A stretch of 64,000 nucleotides of DNA from an uncultured Bacilli bacterium (GCA_947628905.1 CANRBQ010000001.1:6900-70899), one strand, 5' to 3'; shown: positions 35,849 to 46,569, numbered from the stretch's first letter. The notes: generated by a model not told the origin, from the letters alone. Numbers and translations: made by a program.

Positions 35849-38146
35849 TTAAAATAATTCTTCAAATATTTCTTGATAATTTTTTACTAAAATAATATTT
35901 AAAGAATCTTTTACTTTAACTGGGACCTCTTCTAATTCTTGTTCATTATAATATGGAATATAAATTTTTTTAATCCCAGCATTATAGGCTCCAATTAATT
36001 TTTCTTTAATGCCTCCAACTTTTAGAATATCTCCGGTTAAAGACATTTCGCCTGTAAAAGCAATATCATTACTAATTTTTTTATTTAATAATAAACTTAA
36101 AATACTGGTGGTAATAGCAATACCCGCGCTTGGACCATCTTTTTTTAGAGCTCCTTCTAAGCAATGAACATGAATATCTTTTAAGTTAAAGAAGAAATCT
36201 AATAGACGATAATCTTTTTGATGAGTTTTAATATAACTTAGAGAAACTTGCATAGATTCTTCCATAGTTTTACCTAACATACCACTTATAATAAAGTTCC
36301 CTTTTCCTTCATAAACACAGGTATCAATAGGTATTACTAAACCTCCAGAGGAAGTTACTCCTAAAGCATTAACTCGACCAGGATATTCATTTTTTTTGTT
36401 ATCTAGTTTACTATATTTAGGAATACCAAGATATTCTTTTAATCTTATTTTACTTATTTTAGTACGTTCATTAATTTTACCTAAAACTATTAATTTACGA
36501 ATTAATTTTTCTAACATACGATATAAGTCTCTTACGCCAGCTTCATTAGTATAAGCCTCTACAAGATACTCTAACATATCATCATTAATAGATATTATTT
36601 TATTATCTATTTTATTTTCTTCTAAGATTTTAGGAATTAAATATTTTTTGGCGATATCAACTTTTTCATAAGCAGTATAACTAGGTAAATTAATTATTTC
36701 TAAACGATCTAGTAAGGGGGTTGGAATATTTTCAATATTATTAGCAGTTAAAATAAAGAAAACTTTAGATAAATCAAAGGGTTCTTCAAGATAATTATCA
36801 GTAAATTCGGTGTTTTGTTCACGATCTAAGATATCTAAAAGAGCACTGCTGGGATCATCTTTATAATTAATAGTCATTTTATCGATTTCGTCAATTAAAA
36901 AGACAGGATTCTTACTGGCACATTTTTTTAAGCCTTGAATTATTTTACCAGGATTAGCACCAATATAAGTACGTCTATGTCCCATTAGTTCAGAGGTATC
37001 ATTTAAACCTCCAACACTTATTTTATAAAACTTGCGATTTAGTGATAAGGCAATATTTCTAGCAATACTAGTTTTTCCTACACCAGGAGGACCTACTAAA
37101 CATATTATAGGACTCTTAATATTATCATTATTATTTTTTAAAGCTACATATTCTATTATTCTATTTTTAATTTCTTCTAAGCCATAATGGCTATTATCTA
37201 ATTTAGTTTTAATATCATTAATATTATTATTTTCAAAGCTTTCATGATTCCAAGGAAGACTTAATATCCAATCTAAATAATTTCTTATCATCGCGTTTTC
37301 TGGGGATATTTCAGGAGTATATTCTAATTTACTTATTTCTTTTAATATTTTATTATGAGTACTTTTATTTAAATTTAATTGTGCTAATTTTTCATTATAA
37401 CTAGAACTACTATTATTTTCATATTTTCCTAATTCTTGTTCAATAATACGAACTTTTTCTTTTAAAATAAATTCTTTTTGACTTTGTTCTAAACTATTTT
37501 CTAGTTCTTGATCAAGTTTTTCATCTAATTTTAAAATTTCTAATTCGATTTTAATATCTCTAAGTAAACTTTTAGCACGATATAGAGCATTTATTTCTTC
37601 AGCATACTCTAATTTTTTTACAAAAGTAAGAGGTAAAAAAGAACATATCATATCAGTTAATTTTGATAAATCATCTACAGTTTTAATAGTATTTAAAATA
37701 CTATTAGAAATATGTTTTGATTTTGATACATATTCTTTTATTAAATCATTTAATTTTTTAATAATAGCCTTTTTTTCAACTTCATCAAATTCAGGAAAAT
37801 CTAATCTTGTAACGGTTGCTTCAAGAATATCATTATTAATTTCATTATTATCAAAATGAACTATTTTAACTCTTTCTAAACCTTTGATAGTTACTCTTAC
37901 ATTACCACTGGGAAGTTCAATACGACTTTTGATACGCCCTACTACTCCAATTTCTGGTAAATCATTTATTTCTGGGGTTTCTTCTAATTTATTTTTAGGA
38001 GTAATAACCAAAACATGACGATTGTAATTTTTGGTAGCTTCAATAGTTATTTCTTTACTTAACTTGTTACTTATTTCTAGTTTTACTTCTTGATTTGGGA
38101 GGAGAACTAATCCTTTAAGTAGCATAACTAATAAATTTTGTTCCAT
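35849..38146 (-). CDS. lon: ATP-dependent Lon protease
   Basis: LON N-domain, AAA+ Walker A GPPGVGKTS and C-terminal protease domain with DGPSAGIAITTS. Confidence 0.95.
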   Translation of the reverse strand: MEQNLLVMLLKGLVLLPNQEVKLEISNKLSKEITIEATKNYNRHVLVITPKNKLEETPEINDLPEIGVVGRIKSRIELPSGNVRVTIKGLERVKIVHFDNNEINNDILEATVTRLDFPEFDEVEKKAIIKKLNDLIKEYVSKSKHISNSILNTIKTVDDLSKLTDMICSFLPLTFVKKLEYAEEINALYRAKSLLRDIKIELEILKLDEKLDQELENSLEQSQKEFILKEKVRIIEQELGKYENNSSSSYNEKLAQLNLNKSTHNKILKEISKLEYTPEISPENAMIRNYLDWILSLPWNHESFENNNINDIKTKLDNSHYGLEEIKNRIIEYVALKNNNDNIKSPIICLVGPPGVGKTSIARNIALSLNRKFYKISVGGLNDTSELMGHRRTYIGANPGKIIQGLKKCASKNPVFLIDEIDKMTINYKDDPSSALLDILDREQNTEFTDNYLEEPFDLSKVFFILTANNIENIPTPLLDRLEIINLPSYTAYEKVDIAKKYLIPKILEENKIDNKIISINDDMLEYLVEAYTNEAGVRDLYRMLEKLIRKLIVLGKINERTKISKIRLKEYLGIPKYSKLDNKKNEYPGRVNALGVTSSGGLVIPIDTCVYEGKGNFIISGMLGKTMEESMQVSLSYIKTHQKDYRLLDFFFNLKDIHVHCLEGALKKDGPSAGIAITTSILSLLLNKKISNDIAFTGEMSLTGDILKVGGIKEKLIGAYNAGIKKIYIPYYNEQELEEVPVKVKDSLNIILVKNYQEIFEELF

Positions 38147-38225
38147 AAAATCACTCCCATCACTTAATTTTTATCTATTATAATTAATTAATATTCTTTT
38201 GTCTATAGTAATTGTTTAAAATAAT

Positions 38226-39275
38226 TTATTTTTTGGTTGTAAAAGCTTTCGTAAATTTAGGCCAAATACCCATTTTGTTATGAGTGTGTTCAGGTAGCTG
38301 GTAAATATCATGACCAGGATATTCATTTCCTTCTACTAAAAGAGGACCAGATTTAGAAAAACAGACATCCCAACCTACATATCGAAGTTCTTTTACTTCT
38401 TTGGTGGCTTCTTTTACTAGTTTTAAAGCTTCTTCCCAATCAGGGAATTTAAAACCTTTGATAAGGCTATTGGTGGCAGGATGATGCTCATATAAATTTT
38501 TATTTTTATCAATAGCTTTATCTATTACTTCGCCAGTTTCTTCATTTACAGGAGCAACCATGCCTCCTGAGTTAAAATTATCAACGTATTTACCATTGCC
38601 AATTCTAAAATAAGCACAAATAATATGAGGAATATCATTATCATCTAAGATAGTAACTATTCGCACTGTATTAATACTATCAGCATATATTTTATTTACT
38701 TCTTCACTTTGAATAATTAATTCCTCTAATTCAAAATTCATTCCTTCACCAGTTAAATATTCATATATTTCATCTAGAGATTTATAATCTTTAATATTAA
38801 TTTTTTCTATCCCTTTGCCACATGTTCCCGTGATGGGTTTAGCCATGAATATTTGATGTTTTTGCATAAATTTAATTACTTCTTCTTTAGGTTTTCCTTC
38901 TACTTTAATAAAGTCTCTTTTGATGTATTTTTGGAATCTTTTATTAAATTCATATTTATTTCTAAAAATATAATTATATTCAGGATTATTATATTTAGCT
39001 ATTAGGGCATTATTACGGCCGCGGGTGATATAAGTATCCCTTTCTTTATCAGTTAAATTGTACATTTCAAATAAATCATAATCCATATAACCAGCGCCAT
39101 ATTTAAGGGCACATTTACGCATATCATTAAAAATAAAGATTCTACTTTTACCAGTTTTTTTATGAATACTATTAATTTTAGTAAACATCATTTTATAATC
39201 CATATTTAAGGCTCTTTTAATTACATATTTTATATTTGGCATATTAATCACTCTCAAATATATTATAGCAAACAA
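38226..39275 (-). CDS. ATP-grasp domain protein
   Basis: ATP-grasp motifs MAKPITGTCGKGIEKI and DNFNSGGMVAPV. Lies between tig and lon. Confidence 0.5.
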   Translation of the reverse strand: MFAIIYLRVINMPNIKYVIKRALNMDYKMMFTKINSIHKKTGKSRIFIFNDMRKCALKYGAGYMDYDLFEMYNLTDKERDTYITRGRNNALIAKYNNPEYNYIFRNKYEFNKRFQKYIKRDFIKVEGKPKEEVIKFMQKHQIFMAKPITGTCGKGIEKINIKDYKSLDEIYEYLTGEGMNFELEELIIQSEEVNKIYADSINTVRIVTILDDNDIPHIICAYFRIGNGKYVDNFNSGGMVAPVNEETGEVIDKAIDKNKNLYEHHPATNSLIKGFKFPDWEEALKLVKEATKEVKELRYVGWDVCFSKSGPLLVEGNEYPGHDIYQLPEHTHNKMGIWPKFTKAFTTKK

Positions 39276-39320
39276 ATTATTTTAAATAAAGAAAAAAGAA
39301 AGTTTTTGTGATACTTTCTC

Positions 39321-40568
39321 TTAATTATTTTCTTTTAATATTTCTAAAGCTCTATGCATTTTCATATCATATTTAACTATTTCATCAGAACCATAAGCTT
39401 TTAATAATTCTTCTACAGATATACCATAGTTGTCGGCCATTTCTTTTGTTTTATCTTCAACTTCTTTTTTAGTAAAATCAATATTTTCTTGTTCAGCAAT
39501 ATATTCTAGCATATAACGATATTTAATACGTTTAATAGCTTCTGGTTCCATTTGTTCATGAAGTTTTTCATGAGTTAGGCCCGCGATATGCATATAATCG
39601 TCTAATTTAATACCTTGCATACGAATTTGTTCTTCAAATTGATGGATCATTCTGTGAACTTCATCATCAATAATTTCTTTATTTAAATCTACTTTTAAAT
39701 TTTTAGAAGCAGCTTCTAGGCAATCTTCAATAAATTTATCATCTATATCAGCATTTTTTCTTTCTAATATAACATTTTTTACTTCTTTTTCAAATTCTTC
39801 TTCAGTTTTGATATCTTCAAAACCTAAGTCTTTATAGAAATCTTCATTTACTTCGGGGATAATTCTTTCTTTAATTTCTCTTAATGTAACTTTAAATTTT
39901 ACTTCTTTACCTTTTAAATCGGCGACATAATCATCAGGGAATTTAAGATTTAATTCTTTAGTTTCCCCAATTTCCATACCAATTATTCCATCTTCAAATC
40001 CTGGAATAAAAGTATTAGAACCAATTTCTAAAGGATAATTTTCCCCTTTTCCTCCATCTAATGGTTTACCATCTACATAACCTTCAAAATCAATAACAGC
40101 CGTATTTCCTTTAGCAACTTGACCATTTTCTTTAGGAACTATCTCGGCAAGTTGATTCTTTAGCTTAGTTATTTCTTCGGCAATTTCTTCTTTAGAAACT
40201 TCGGCTTTTTCTTTTTTGACTTTTAAATTTTTATAATCTCCCATAGTAACTTCAGGTTTAGTAATTATTTTAAATTTAAAAGTAACTTCATCTTTATTAA
40301 TTTTAGTAATATCTACAGTTGGTTCAATAATAGGAGTAACTTTTTCTTTAGCTAAAGCTTCTTTATAAGCACTATCCATCACAGCATCTACTGCATCCAT
40401 ATATAGAGTTTCTATACCCATTTTTTTAATAAATATATCTTTAGGAGCTGTTCCTTTTCTAAAACCTTCAATTTTAACTTCTTTATTTTTTTTACGATAG
40501 GCTTTATCAAGAGCTTTTTCCCAAGAATCACCTTTAACTGTTATTTCAACTTCAAACACATTTTTCAT
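39321..40568 (-). CDS. tig: trigger factor
   Basis: Ribosome-binding GFRKGTAP motif, FKBP domain and C-terminal arm. 415 aa. Confidence 0.9.
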   Translation of the reverse strand: MKNVFEVEITVKGDSWEKALDKAYRKKNKEVKIEGFRKGTAPKDIFIKKMGIETLYMDAVDAVMDSAYKEALAKEKVTPIIEPTVDITKINKDEVTFKFKIITKPEVTMGDYKNLKVKKEKAEVSKEEIAEEITKLKNQLAEIVPKENGQVAKGNTAVIDFEGYVDGKPLDGGKGENYPLEIGSNTFIPGFEDGIIGMEIGETKELNLKFPDDYVADLKGKEVKFKVTLREIKERIIPEVNEDFYKDLGFEDIKTEEEFEKEVKNVILERKNADIDDKFIEDCLEAASKNLKVDLNKEIIDDEVHRMIHQFEEQIRMQGIKLDDYMHIAGLTHEKLHEQMEPEAIKRIKYRYMLEYIAEQENIDFTKKEVEDKTKEMADNYGISVEELLKAYGSDEIVKYDMKMHRALEILKENN

Positions 40569-40643
40569 AACACATTTCCTTTCAAATCTATTTAAATATT
40601 ATAACTTAAAAATTATTATTTTACAAGGGTAAATAATAAGGCA

Positions 40644-41300
40644 TTAAAATAAAAAATTAATTAAGTTTAAAAATTTATCACTAAATAAATAAACTAAACC
40701 CATACTGCCCGCGAGAAAGGGTCCAAATGGAACTTCTCTATTTTTAGATAGCATTAAAGACGCGAGAGCATATGGCATAGCAATAAGACTTGATGTAATA
40801 ATAGCCGCGAGACCAAGTTTTAAGCCTAAAATTTCCCCTATTACTAAAGAGAATTTAATATCGCCACCACCAAGAGCTTCTCTTTTAAATATCTTGCGAC
40901 CAATAAAACTTACAATAAGCATAAATACAAATAATATTAAACCACTTAATAAAGCTAAAAGAGCTTCTTTAAAACCATAATAATAAGCTTTTAAGATAAG
41001 AATTAAAAGGCCTCCAATAATTAAAGGGCTATCTAGAATTATCATGTATTTAAAATCAGTAATAAATATTATTATTATTAAACCTATAACAATTAAACTA
41101 GAAAAAAATTCATAGCTTAAACCATAAGTATAAAAACTTATTAATAAGATTATAGCATTTAAACAACCGATAAATAAATTTAAAATCCAGGAATTAGATT
41201 CACTCATTTTTACTTCTGGAATTAATAAAGGTAAATTTTCACCAATAATAGAATAAGCAATACCTAGACTAAAACCAATTAAAAATAAAATGATAATCAT
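40644..41300 (-). CDS. A24-family prepilin peptidase (short form, no N-terminal Zn domain)
   Basis: Catalytic Asp in a TM segment (ITDFKYMIILD) and GGGDIKF motif. 218 aa. Confidence 0.65.
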   Translation of the reverse strand: MIIILFLIGFSLGIAYSIIGENLPLLIPEVKMSESNSWILNLFIGCLNAIILLISFYTYGLSYEFFSSLIVIGLIIIIFITDFKYMIILDSPLIIGGLLILILKAYYYGFKEALLALLSGLILFVFMLIVSFIGRKIFKREALGGGDIKFSLVIGEILGLKLGLAAIITSSLIAMPYALASLMLSKNREVPFGPFLAGSMGLVYLFSDKFLNLINFLF

Positions 41301-41312
41301 TTAAATCCCCTC

Positions 41313-42851
41313 CTATTTAATTTCTCCATATAAACTAAACATTGGAATAACAACTGCTAGAATAATAATACCCACTATAATGGCTAATAAAACAATCATA
41401 ATAGGTTCTAAAAAAGCTTTTAGATTAGTTACTCTGTTTTTATGTAAATCTCCATAATAAGTAGCTACTTTATCCATCATAAGAGATAACTCACCCGTTG
41501 ATTCTCCGGTTACAATCATATAATAAGCAACATCGGGAATACACCATTTATTATAAAAAGATGCAGATATTTTTTCACCTCTTGCTATATTACTAATTGT
41601 TTCTAACATAATATCTTTATATACTTCATTATTAGTTATATTTGTTAGTATTTCCATACTATTAGTAATATACACACTGTTTTTTAAAAGACTAGAGAAA
41701 GTTTTAGTAAATAAAGTTAATTCATTATATATAATTATTTTACCAAAGAAAGGAATATGCATACCAATACTTTGAATAACTTTTCTAAAACTTTTGCTCT
41801 TTTTATATAATATTAATAGTAAAATAATAATTAGAAGAGATATAATAATAATTATACTAATATTACTTGTAATAAAATTACTTATATTAATAATTCCTAG
41901 AGTAAAACCACTTACTGTAATACCGGCTTGATCATATATTTTAATAAATTCAGGAATAACATAAACCATTATAAAAGTTAAAACGGCAATAGCAAAAACA
42001 ATTAGAATAGTAGGATAAATAATAGCACTTAACATTTCTTTATGAGTTTTATCTATTTCAGTATAGTAATTAGCCATATCGTCTAAAGTTTTTATTAACT
42101 CCCCAGTTGCTTCTGCGGACTTTATCATGTTTATTAATAAAGGAGGAAAAACTTTACCTTGATTTTCTAGAGCAGTACTAAAATTTTCTCCTAAAGTAAG
42201 TTCATAAGATATGGCACGATATAATCTACATTTTGTGGGATCTTTTAAAGCTTGTTTAGTCATTAATTTAATTGTATCGTTTAATGTTATCCCGGCTTTT
42301 AAATAAGTAGATACTTGAGTTAACCAAAATATTAAATCTTTAATACTTAATTCTTTTTCACTATCTAAACCTATTTTTTTAAGAAAATTAGGAAGTTTGG
42401 CTTTTTTAATTGCATAGACATCTATACCTTCACTAGCTAAAAAATTGTGTAATGTTATTTTATTAGTAGCACTCATAGTGCCTTTTACTTTTTCCCCATT
42501 AGAATTAGTACCATAATATTCATAATATTCTTTATTTACTTTATGAATATTGATTTCTCTTTGCATTTGAGCTAATAATTCTTTTTTTTCATAGGCTATT
42601 TTTTGTCTTTCACTTAATGATAAAATTTCAGGTTCTTTTTCTTTGGTTACTTTTTTTTCAGGAAGAGATGTTTTTCCTTTAAGCTCTTTTTCTTTAAATT
42701 CTTTTTCCTTTATTTTATAATCAAGACGATTAAACCAACTATCAAAAAAAATAAATTTAACACCAATAAAGAAATGTTTGATAAAACTGATAATAAATAT
42801 AAAGGGTGCTAAAATAATATTAAATGGGAATCTAATTTTTCGATTATTCAT
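41313..42851 (-). CDS. type II secretion / type IV pilus platform protein (GspF/PilC/ComGB-like)
   Basis: Two T2SSF domains. It carries an unusual N-terminal TM hairpin and a Lys-rich extension. Confidence 0.65.
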   Translation of the reverse strand: MNNRKIRFPFNIILAPFIFIISFIKHFFIGVKFIFFDSWFNRLDYKIKEKEFKEKELKGKTSLPEKKVTKEKEPEILSLSERQKIAYEKKELLAQMQREINIHKVNKEYYEYYGTNSNGEKVKGTMSATNKITLHNFLASEGIDVYAIKKAKLPNFLKKIGLDSEKELSIKDLIFWLTQVSTYLKAGITLNDTIKLMTKQALKDPTKCRLYRAISYELTLGENFSTALENQGKVFPPLLINMIKSAEATGELIKTLDDMANYYTEIDKTHKEMLSAIIYPTILIVFAIAVLTFIMVYVIPEFIKIYDQAGITVSGFTLGIINISNFITSNISIIIIISLLIIILLLILYKKSKSFRKVIQSIGMHIPFFGKIIIYNELTLFTKTFSSLLKNSVYITNSMEILTNITNNEVYKDIMLETISNIARGEKISASFYNKWCIPDVAYYMIVTGESTGELSLMMDKVATYYGDLHKNRVTNLKAFLEPIMIVLLAIIVGIIILAVVIPMFSLYGEIK

Positions 42852-42958
42852 AACACTTCTATCCTATTCTAGGTTTATTATATCATTTTAAAAAAAAGAA
42901 AACAATACACTTTGCTCTTTTAATTACCTTATATTTAGATTATTTAGGACTTTTTATA

Positions 42959-43774
42959 TTATTTTAGAAGCTTATTTTTCTTTTCTTTCTCTAACTCTTT
43001 AAGACTTTTTTGGGGAGTTGGTAAATCCTCAGGCATTGTCCCACCATTTTTTGCAATAACTTCCCTAATATTTTTGCCGATGGTATAATGGGCTTCATTG
43101 GCAGCATTTTCAGTTTTAATATTCTCTCTTTTTAATTTAGATTCAGTTTGGGTAATTCTAAATAAATTGGCGGCGAGTTCTTCACTACCCATGTTATCTA
43201 GTATATTTTCTCTATATCTTAATCCTTTTCTTTTGGCTATATCAGCGGCTGTTTCACCATTATATAAGCCTTTATATCCATAATTATGAAATTTATCAAA
43301 GTTTTTAACGCCAGCATTCTTGGCAGCTTGATTTAAGGAATAGTTTCCTTGATAAAATCTTTTTTCATCTTCAGATAATTCACTGTATTCATTTTCAGAT
43401 AACTCCTGCTTTCTAGTTTGAACTGCAAAATATGTTTGACCTAAAGCTATATTTTTCTTTCTTGGGTCGGCATTTTGAACTATTAAATAACAAGCATATC
43501 TTGATAATTTAAAATCTTGAATTGTAACAATAGCTTTATTAGCTCTTTTGGACAACTTGCCGACGTCGGCAAAATGTTCTTCTATTGCATAATTGCTTAG
43601 CTTACAAGCATTTTTAGCTTTATCAATAACGCTTATAAAATTACTCCATTTTGAATATTCAAGGGCTATCATTAATTCTCTAGCATACCAATATTCATTT
43701 CCAAATTCATCAATGTGTTTGATAGATTCAAATGATTTGGTGGTATCTTCAATTTTTATAATTTTTTCTTTCAT
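42959..43774 (-). CDS. DinD-like Bro-N domain protein (DNA-damage-inducible protein D homologue)
   Basis: FESIKHIDEFGNEYWYARELMIALEY Bro-N core. Similar in size and layout to DinD. Confidence 0.55.
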   Translation of the reverse strand: MKEKIIKIEDTTKSFESIKHIDEFGNEYWYARELMIALEYSKWSNFISVIDKAKNACKLSNYAIEEHFADVGKLSKRANKAIVTIQDFKLSRYACYLIVQNADPRKKNIALGQTYFAVQTRKQELSENEYSELSEDEKRFYQGNYSLNQAAKNAGVKNFDKFHNYGYKGLYNGETAADIAKRKGLRYRENILDNMGSEELAANLFRITQTESKLKRENIKTENAANEAHYTIGKNIREVIAKNGGTMPEDLPTPQKSLKELEKEKKNKLLK

Positions 43775-43875
43775 CTTTACTTCCCCCCTATATTTAATAA
43801 ACTAATTAAATTTTATCACCAAAACAAATGTTTGTAAAGAACTTTTTTAATATATTTATAATATTATTAATACTA

Positions 43876-44673
43876 TTAATCAACATTAACGCCTTTTTTG
43901 AATATTTTTATATCTATATAATAATAGATACTAATTAAAATGATATATAAGCATATTCCTAAAAATAACGCTGTTTTTACTATATCAACTGTAAGGGTAT
44001 TATTTATATTTGAGTTAAATAATGCCATAATATTTGGGTTAAATAAACCAATGATATAGATTATTAAAACTGATATTGCAACAACAAATAAATAGTTTAA
44101 AAATCCATAAAGAACTGATTTAGCCATTTTTAAATTGTTTGATCTATGGCCAAGGAGAATTCCGGTAAAACCAGCTTGTAAGATAGTAGTAAATTCTAAA
44201 AATAAACATAAGAAAGCTGTAATGATTACCTTTATGGTCGTACTATTCATAACTGTTGCAAAAAATTGTAAAGTGTTTTTTAATAATTCTAAATTATATT
44301 CAGAATAATACGCAATAAATATACATAATATAATAACTAATATACTGGTAAACATGGTAATAATAGAAGATAAAAATTTAGAAGTATAAATGGTATTTTT
44401 ACTTATTGGTAAAGTATGAGTTAAATAAGATTCATCGCCATAGATATTTTTAATGAATCTTGCCCATACCCGCATTAAATTATTTATCACTATACTAAAC
44501 ATAAAAGAAATTGTTGTTCCACTTGATATAAGGGCAATAATATGTAATATAAAAGAATTATCAAAATAGAATAAAACTCTTGTAAAACATGCAAATACTA
44601 TATCAATTAAATAAAATACTATTAAAACTTTATAAATATACTTTAAATCATATTTTAAACATTTACTTAACAT
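43876..44673 (-). CDS. ABC-2 type transporter permease (YtrCD-like)
   Basis: About 6 TM helices. Overlaps the upstream ATPase gene. Confidence 0.5.
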   Translation of the reverse strand: MLSKCLKYDLKYIYKVLIVFYLIDIVFACFTRVLFYFDNSFILHIIALISSGTTISFMFSIVINNLMRVWARFIKNIYGDESYLTHTLPISKNTIYTSKFLSSIITMFTSILVIILCIFIAYYSEYNLELLKNTLQFFATVMNSTTIKVIITAFLCLFLEFTTILQAGFTGILLGHRSNNLKMAKSVLYGFLNYLFVVAISVLIIYIIGLFNPNIMALFNSNINNTLTVDIVKTALFLGICLYIILISIYYYIDIKIFKKGVNVD

Positions 44674-45362
44674 TTAAACATCCTCCTAAATATTTCATCA
44701 ATAGAGCTATTTTCTTTTTCTCTTAACTTATCAGCATCAGAAGAAAGAATTATTTTTCCTTTATCAATAAAGATAACTTCATCAAGTATTCTTTCAATAT
44801 CGCTAATAAGATGAGTAGATATTATGATACTAGCATCTTCATTAAAATTATTTAAAATGGTATCTAGTATGTAATCTCTAGTGGCAGGATCAACACCACC
44901 TAAAGGTTCATCTAGTATATAAAGTTCGACATTTCTTGACATAACAAGGATAAGTTGTAATTTTTCTTGCATGCCTTTACTCATTTTAGATATTTTAGTG
45001 TCTATCTCTAAATCTAAATCTTTTATTAATTTCTTGGCTTTTTCTATATCAAAATTATCGTAAAAGTCTGTAAAATAATCAAGTGTTTGTTTGATTGTCA
45101 TACTTTTATCTAAATATGTTCTTTCAGGTAAATAAGATATAATTTTTTTACTTTCTATACCTACTTCTTTACCATTAACTAAAATTTCGCCACTTGTGGG
45201 AATAAGTAAGTCATTGATAAGTTTAATTAAAGTGGTTTTACCCATACCATTTTTTCCTAATAATCCTATAATTTTTCCTCTAGGTATTTTTAAGTTAATA
45301 TCTTTTAAGACTGGTTTTTTATCATAGCCTTTATAAATATGTTTACATTCTAATAATTCCAT
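44667..45362 (-). CDS. ABC transporter ATP-binding protein (YtrB-like)
   Basis: Walker A GKNGMGKTT, signature MSKGMQEK and Walker B ILDEP. Confidence 0.8.
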   Translation of the reverse strand: MELLECKHIYKGYDKKPVLKDINLKIPRGKIIGLLGKNGMGKTTLIKLINDLLIPTSGEILVNGKEVGIESKKIISYLPERTYLDKSMTIKQTLDYFTDFYDNFDIEKAKKLIKDLDLEIDTKISKMSKGMQEKLQLILVMSRNVELYILDEPLGGVDPATRDYILDTILNNFNEDASIIISTHLISDIERILDEVIFIDKGKIILSSDADKLREKENSSIDEIFRRMFKC

Positions 45363-45721
45363 TAAATACTCTCCTCCTTTAAAATTTCAATTATTTCTGG
45401 ATCTATAAATCCTAATTCTTGCATTTCATTTATATATTTTTTAGTTTTTTCTCTAGCATATTTATCTTTAAATTTATCTAATAACTTCTGGTCTTTAGTA
45501 ACATATTTTCCGTTTGTTCTTTCGGTATAAATAAGTTTTAAATCTTCAAGTTCGACAAGGGCTTTTTGCATGGTATTGGGATTTACTTTTGTCTTTAGGG
45601 CAAGCTCTCTTACTGATGGTAATTTTTCACCAGATTTTATTTGTCCTGAGATAATATATATTTCTAATTGTTCTACTAATTGAATATATATAGGTCTATC
45701 ATTATCAAATATAAAATTCAT
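45362..45721 (-). CDS. GntR-family (YtrA subfamily) transcriptional regulator
   Basis: 119-aa winged HTH (PSVRELALKTKVNPNTMQKAL) with only a short C-terminal helix. First gene of an operon with the ABC ATPase and permease. Confidence 0.7.
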   Translation of the reverse strand: MNFIFDNDRPIYIQLVEQLEIYIISGQIKSGEKLPSVRELALKTKVNPNTMQKALVELEDLKLIYTERTNGKYVTKDQKLLDKFKDKYAREKTKKYINEMQELGFIDPEIIEILKEESI

Positions 45722-45738
45722 AATAGCTCCTTTCTATA

Positions 45739-45760
45739 TTGTATTACTTGCTTAATACAA
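45739..45760. promoter_or_regulatory. perfect 8-bp inverted repeat operator candidate (TTGTATTA-N6-TAATACAA)
   Basis: 18-40 nt upstream of the ytrA-like start codon. Confidence 0.45.
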
Positions 45761-45820
45761 TAATATATTAAAAATTATAAAAAGTCAATAAAAAAGACTA
45801 TCAATTTTTATTTGATAATC

Positions 45821-46567
45821 TTAATTATTGCTTTCTTCTTTGACTTTCTTTAAGTCATAGATTACATCAACATTATTGCATACATTAGCGGAATGAGTAA
45901 CAATAATTACACATTTATTTTCTTCATGAGCTAATTTTTTAAATATATCTAAAATTTCAGTTTCGGTTTGTTTATCAAGATTACCTGTTGGTTCATCCGC
46001 GATTATCATTTTGGGATTATAAGATAAGCTTCTAGCAATTGCAACTCTTTGTTGTTCTCCACCCGATAATCTTAATACTTTACGATTGGCATAAGTTTCT
46101 TTTAAGCCAACTTTTGCCATGAGTTCGATGGCTCTTGCTTTTTTGTTTTTAATTTTTAGGCCATTTGCATCCATGGAAAGAATGATATTTTCACTGGCTG
46201 TCATAAAGGGTAACAAATTATAACTTTGAAAGACAATACCTATATCACTATTACGATACTTATCTAAATTCATATCTTTTAGACTTTTACCATCAAATAT
46301 GATTTCACCTTCAGTACATCTTTCAAGGCCACTTATTAAAGATAATAAGGTAGTTTTTCCTGTCCCACTTCGACCTCTTATGGCATACATTTTTCCACTT
46401 TCAAAATCAAAGCTAACATCTCTTAATGCATAATCGTTTTCTTCAGCATCACTATACCTGTAACTAGCATTTTTAATACTTAAAATTATATTTTTAGTAG
46501 AAGGATTTTTTTCTTTAATCGCTTTATTATCTTTTATTTCTTTTTCTTCATTATTTTTATTTGCCAT
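45821..46567 (-). CDS. ABC transporter ATP-binding protein (MacB/FtsE-like)
   Basis: Walker A GRSGTGKTT, signature LSGGEQQRVAIAR and Walker B IIADEPTGNLD. Confidence 0.85.
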   Translation of the reverse strand: MANKNNEEKEIKDNKAIKEKNPSTKNIILSIKNASYRYSDAEENDYALRDVSFDFESGKMYAIRGRSGTGKTTLLSLISGLERCTEGEIIFDGKSLKDMNLDKYRNSDIGIVFQSYNLLPFMTASENIILSMDANGLKIKNKKARAIELMAKVGLKETYANRKVLRLSGGEQQRVAIARSLSYNPKMIIADEPTGNLDKQTETEILDIFKKLAHEENKCVIIVTHSANVCNNVDVIYDLKKVKEESNN

Positions 46568-46569
46568 TT

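Noticed and set aside
38147-38225. CIRCE/HrcA or CtsR operator upstream of lon
   Set aside because: No TTAGCACTC-N9-GAGTGCTAA and no GTCAAA heptad repeats were found. Only a standard TAGACA-N17-TATAAT promoter is present.
43780-43790. C6/G6 run in the dinD-like RBS (ATAGGGGGGAAG) as a second phase-variation site
   Set aside because: At 6 nt it is a shorter tract. It is part of a plausible SD sequence and lacks the optimal or suboptimal spacer logic seen at 53174-53201. It is noted but weak.
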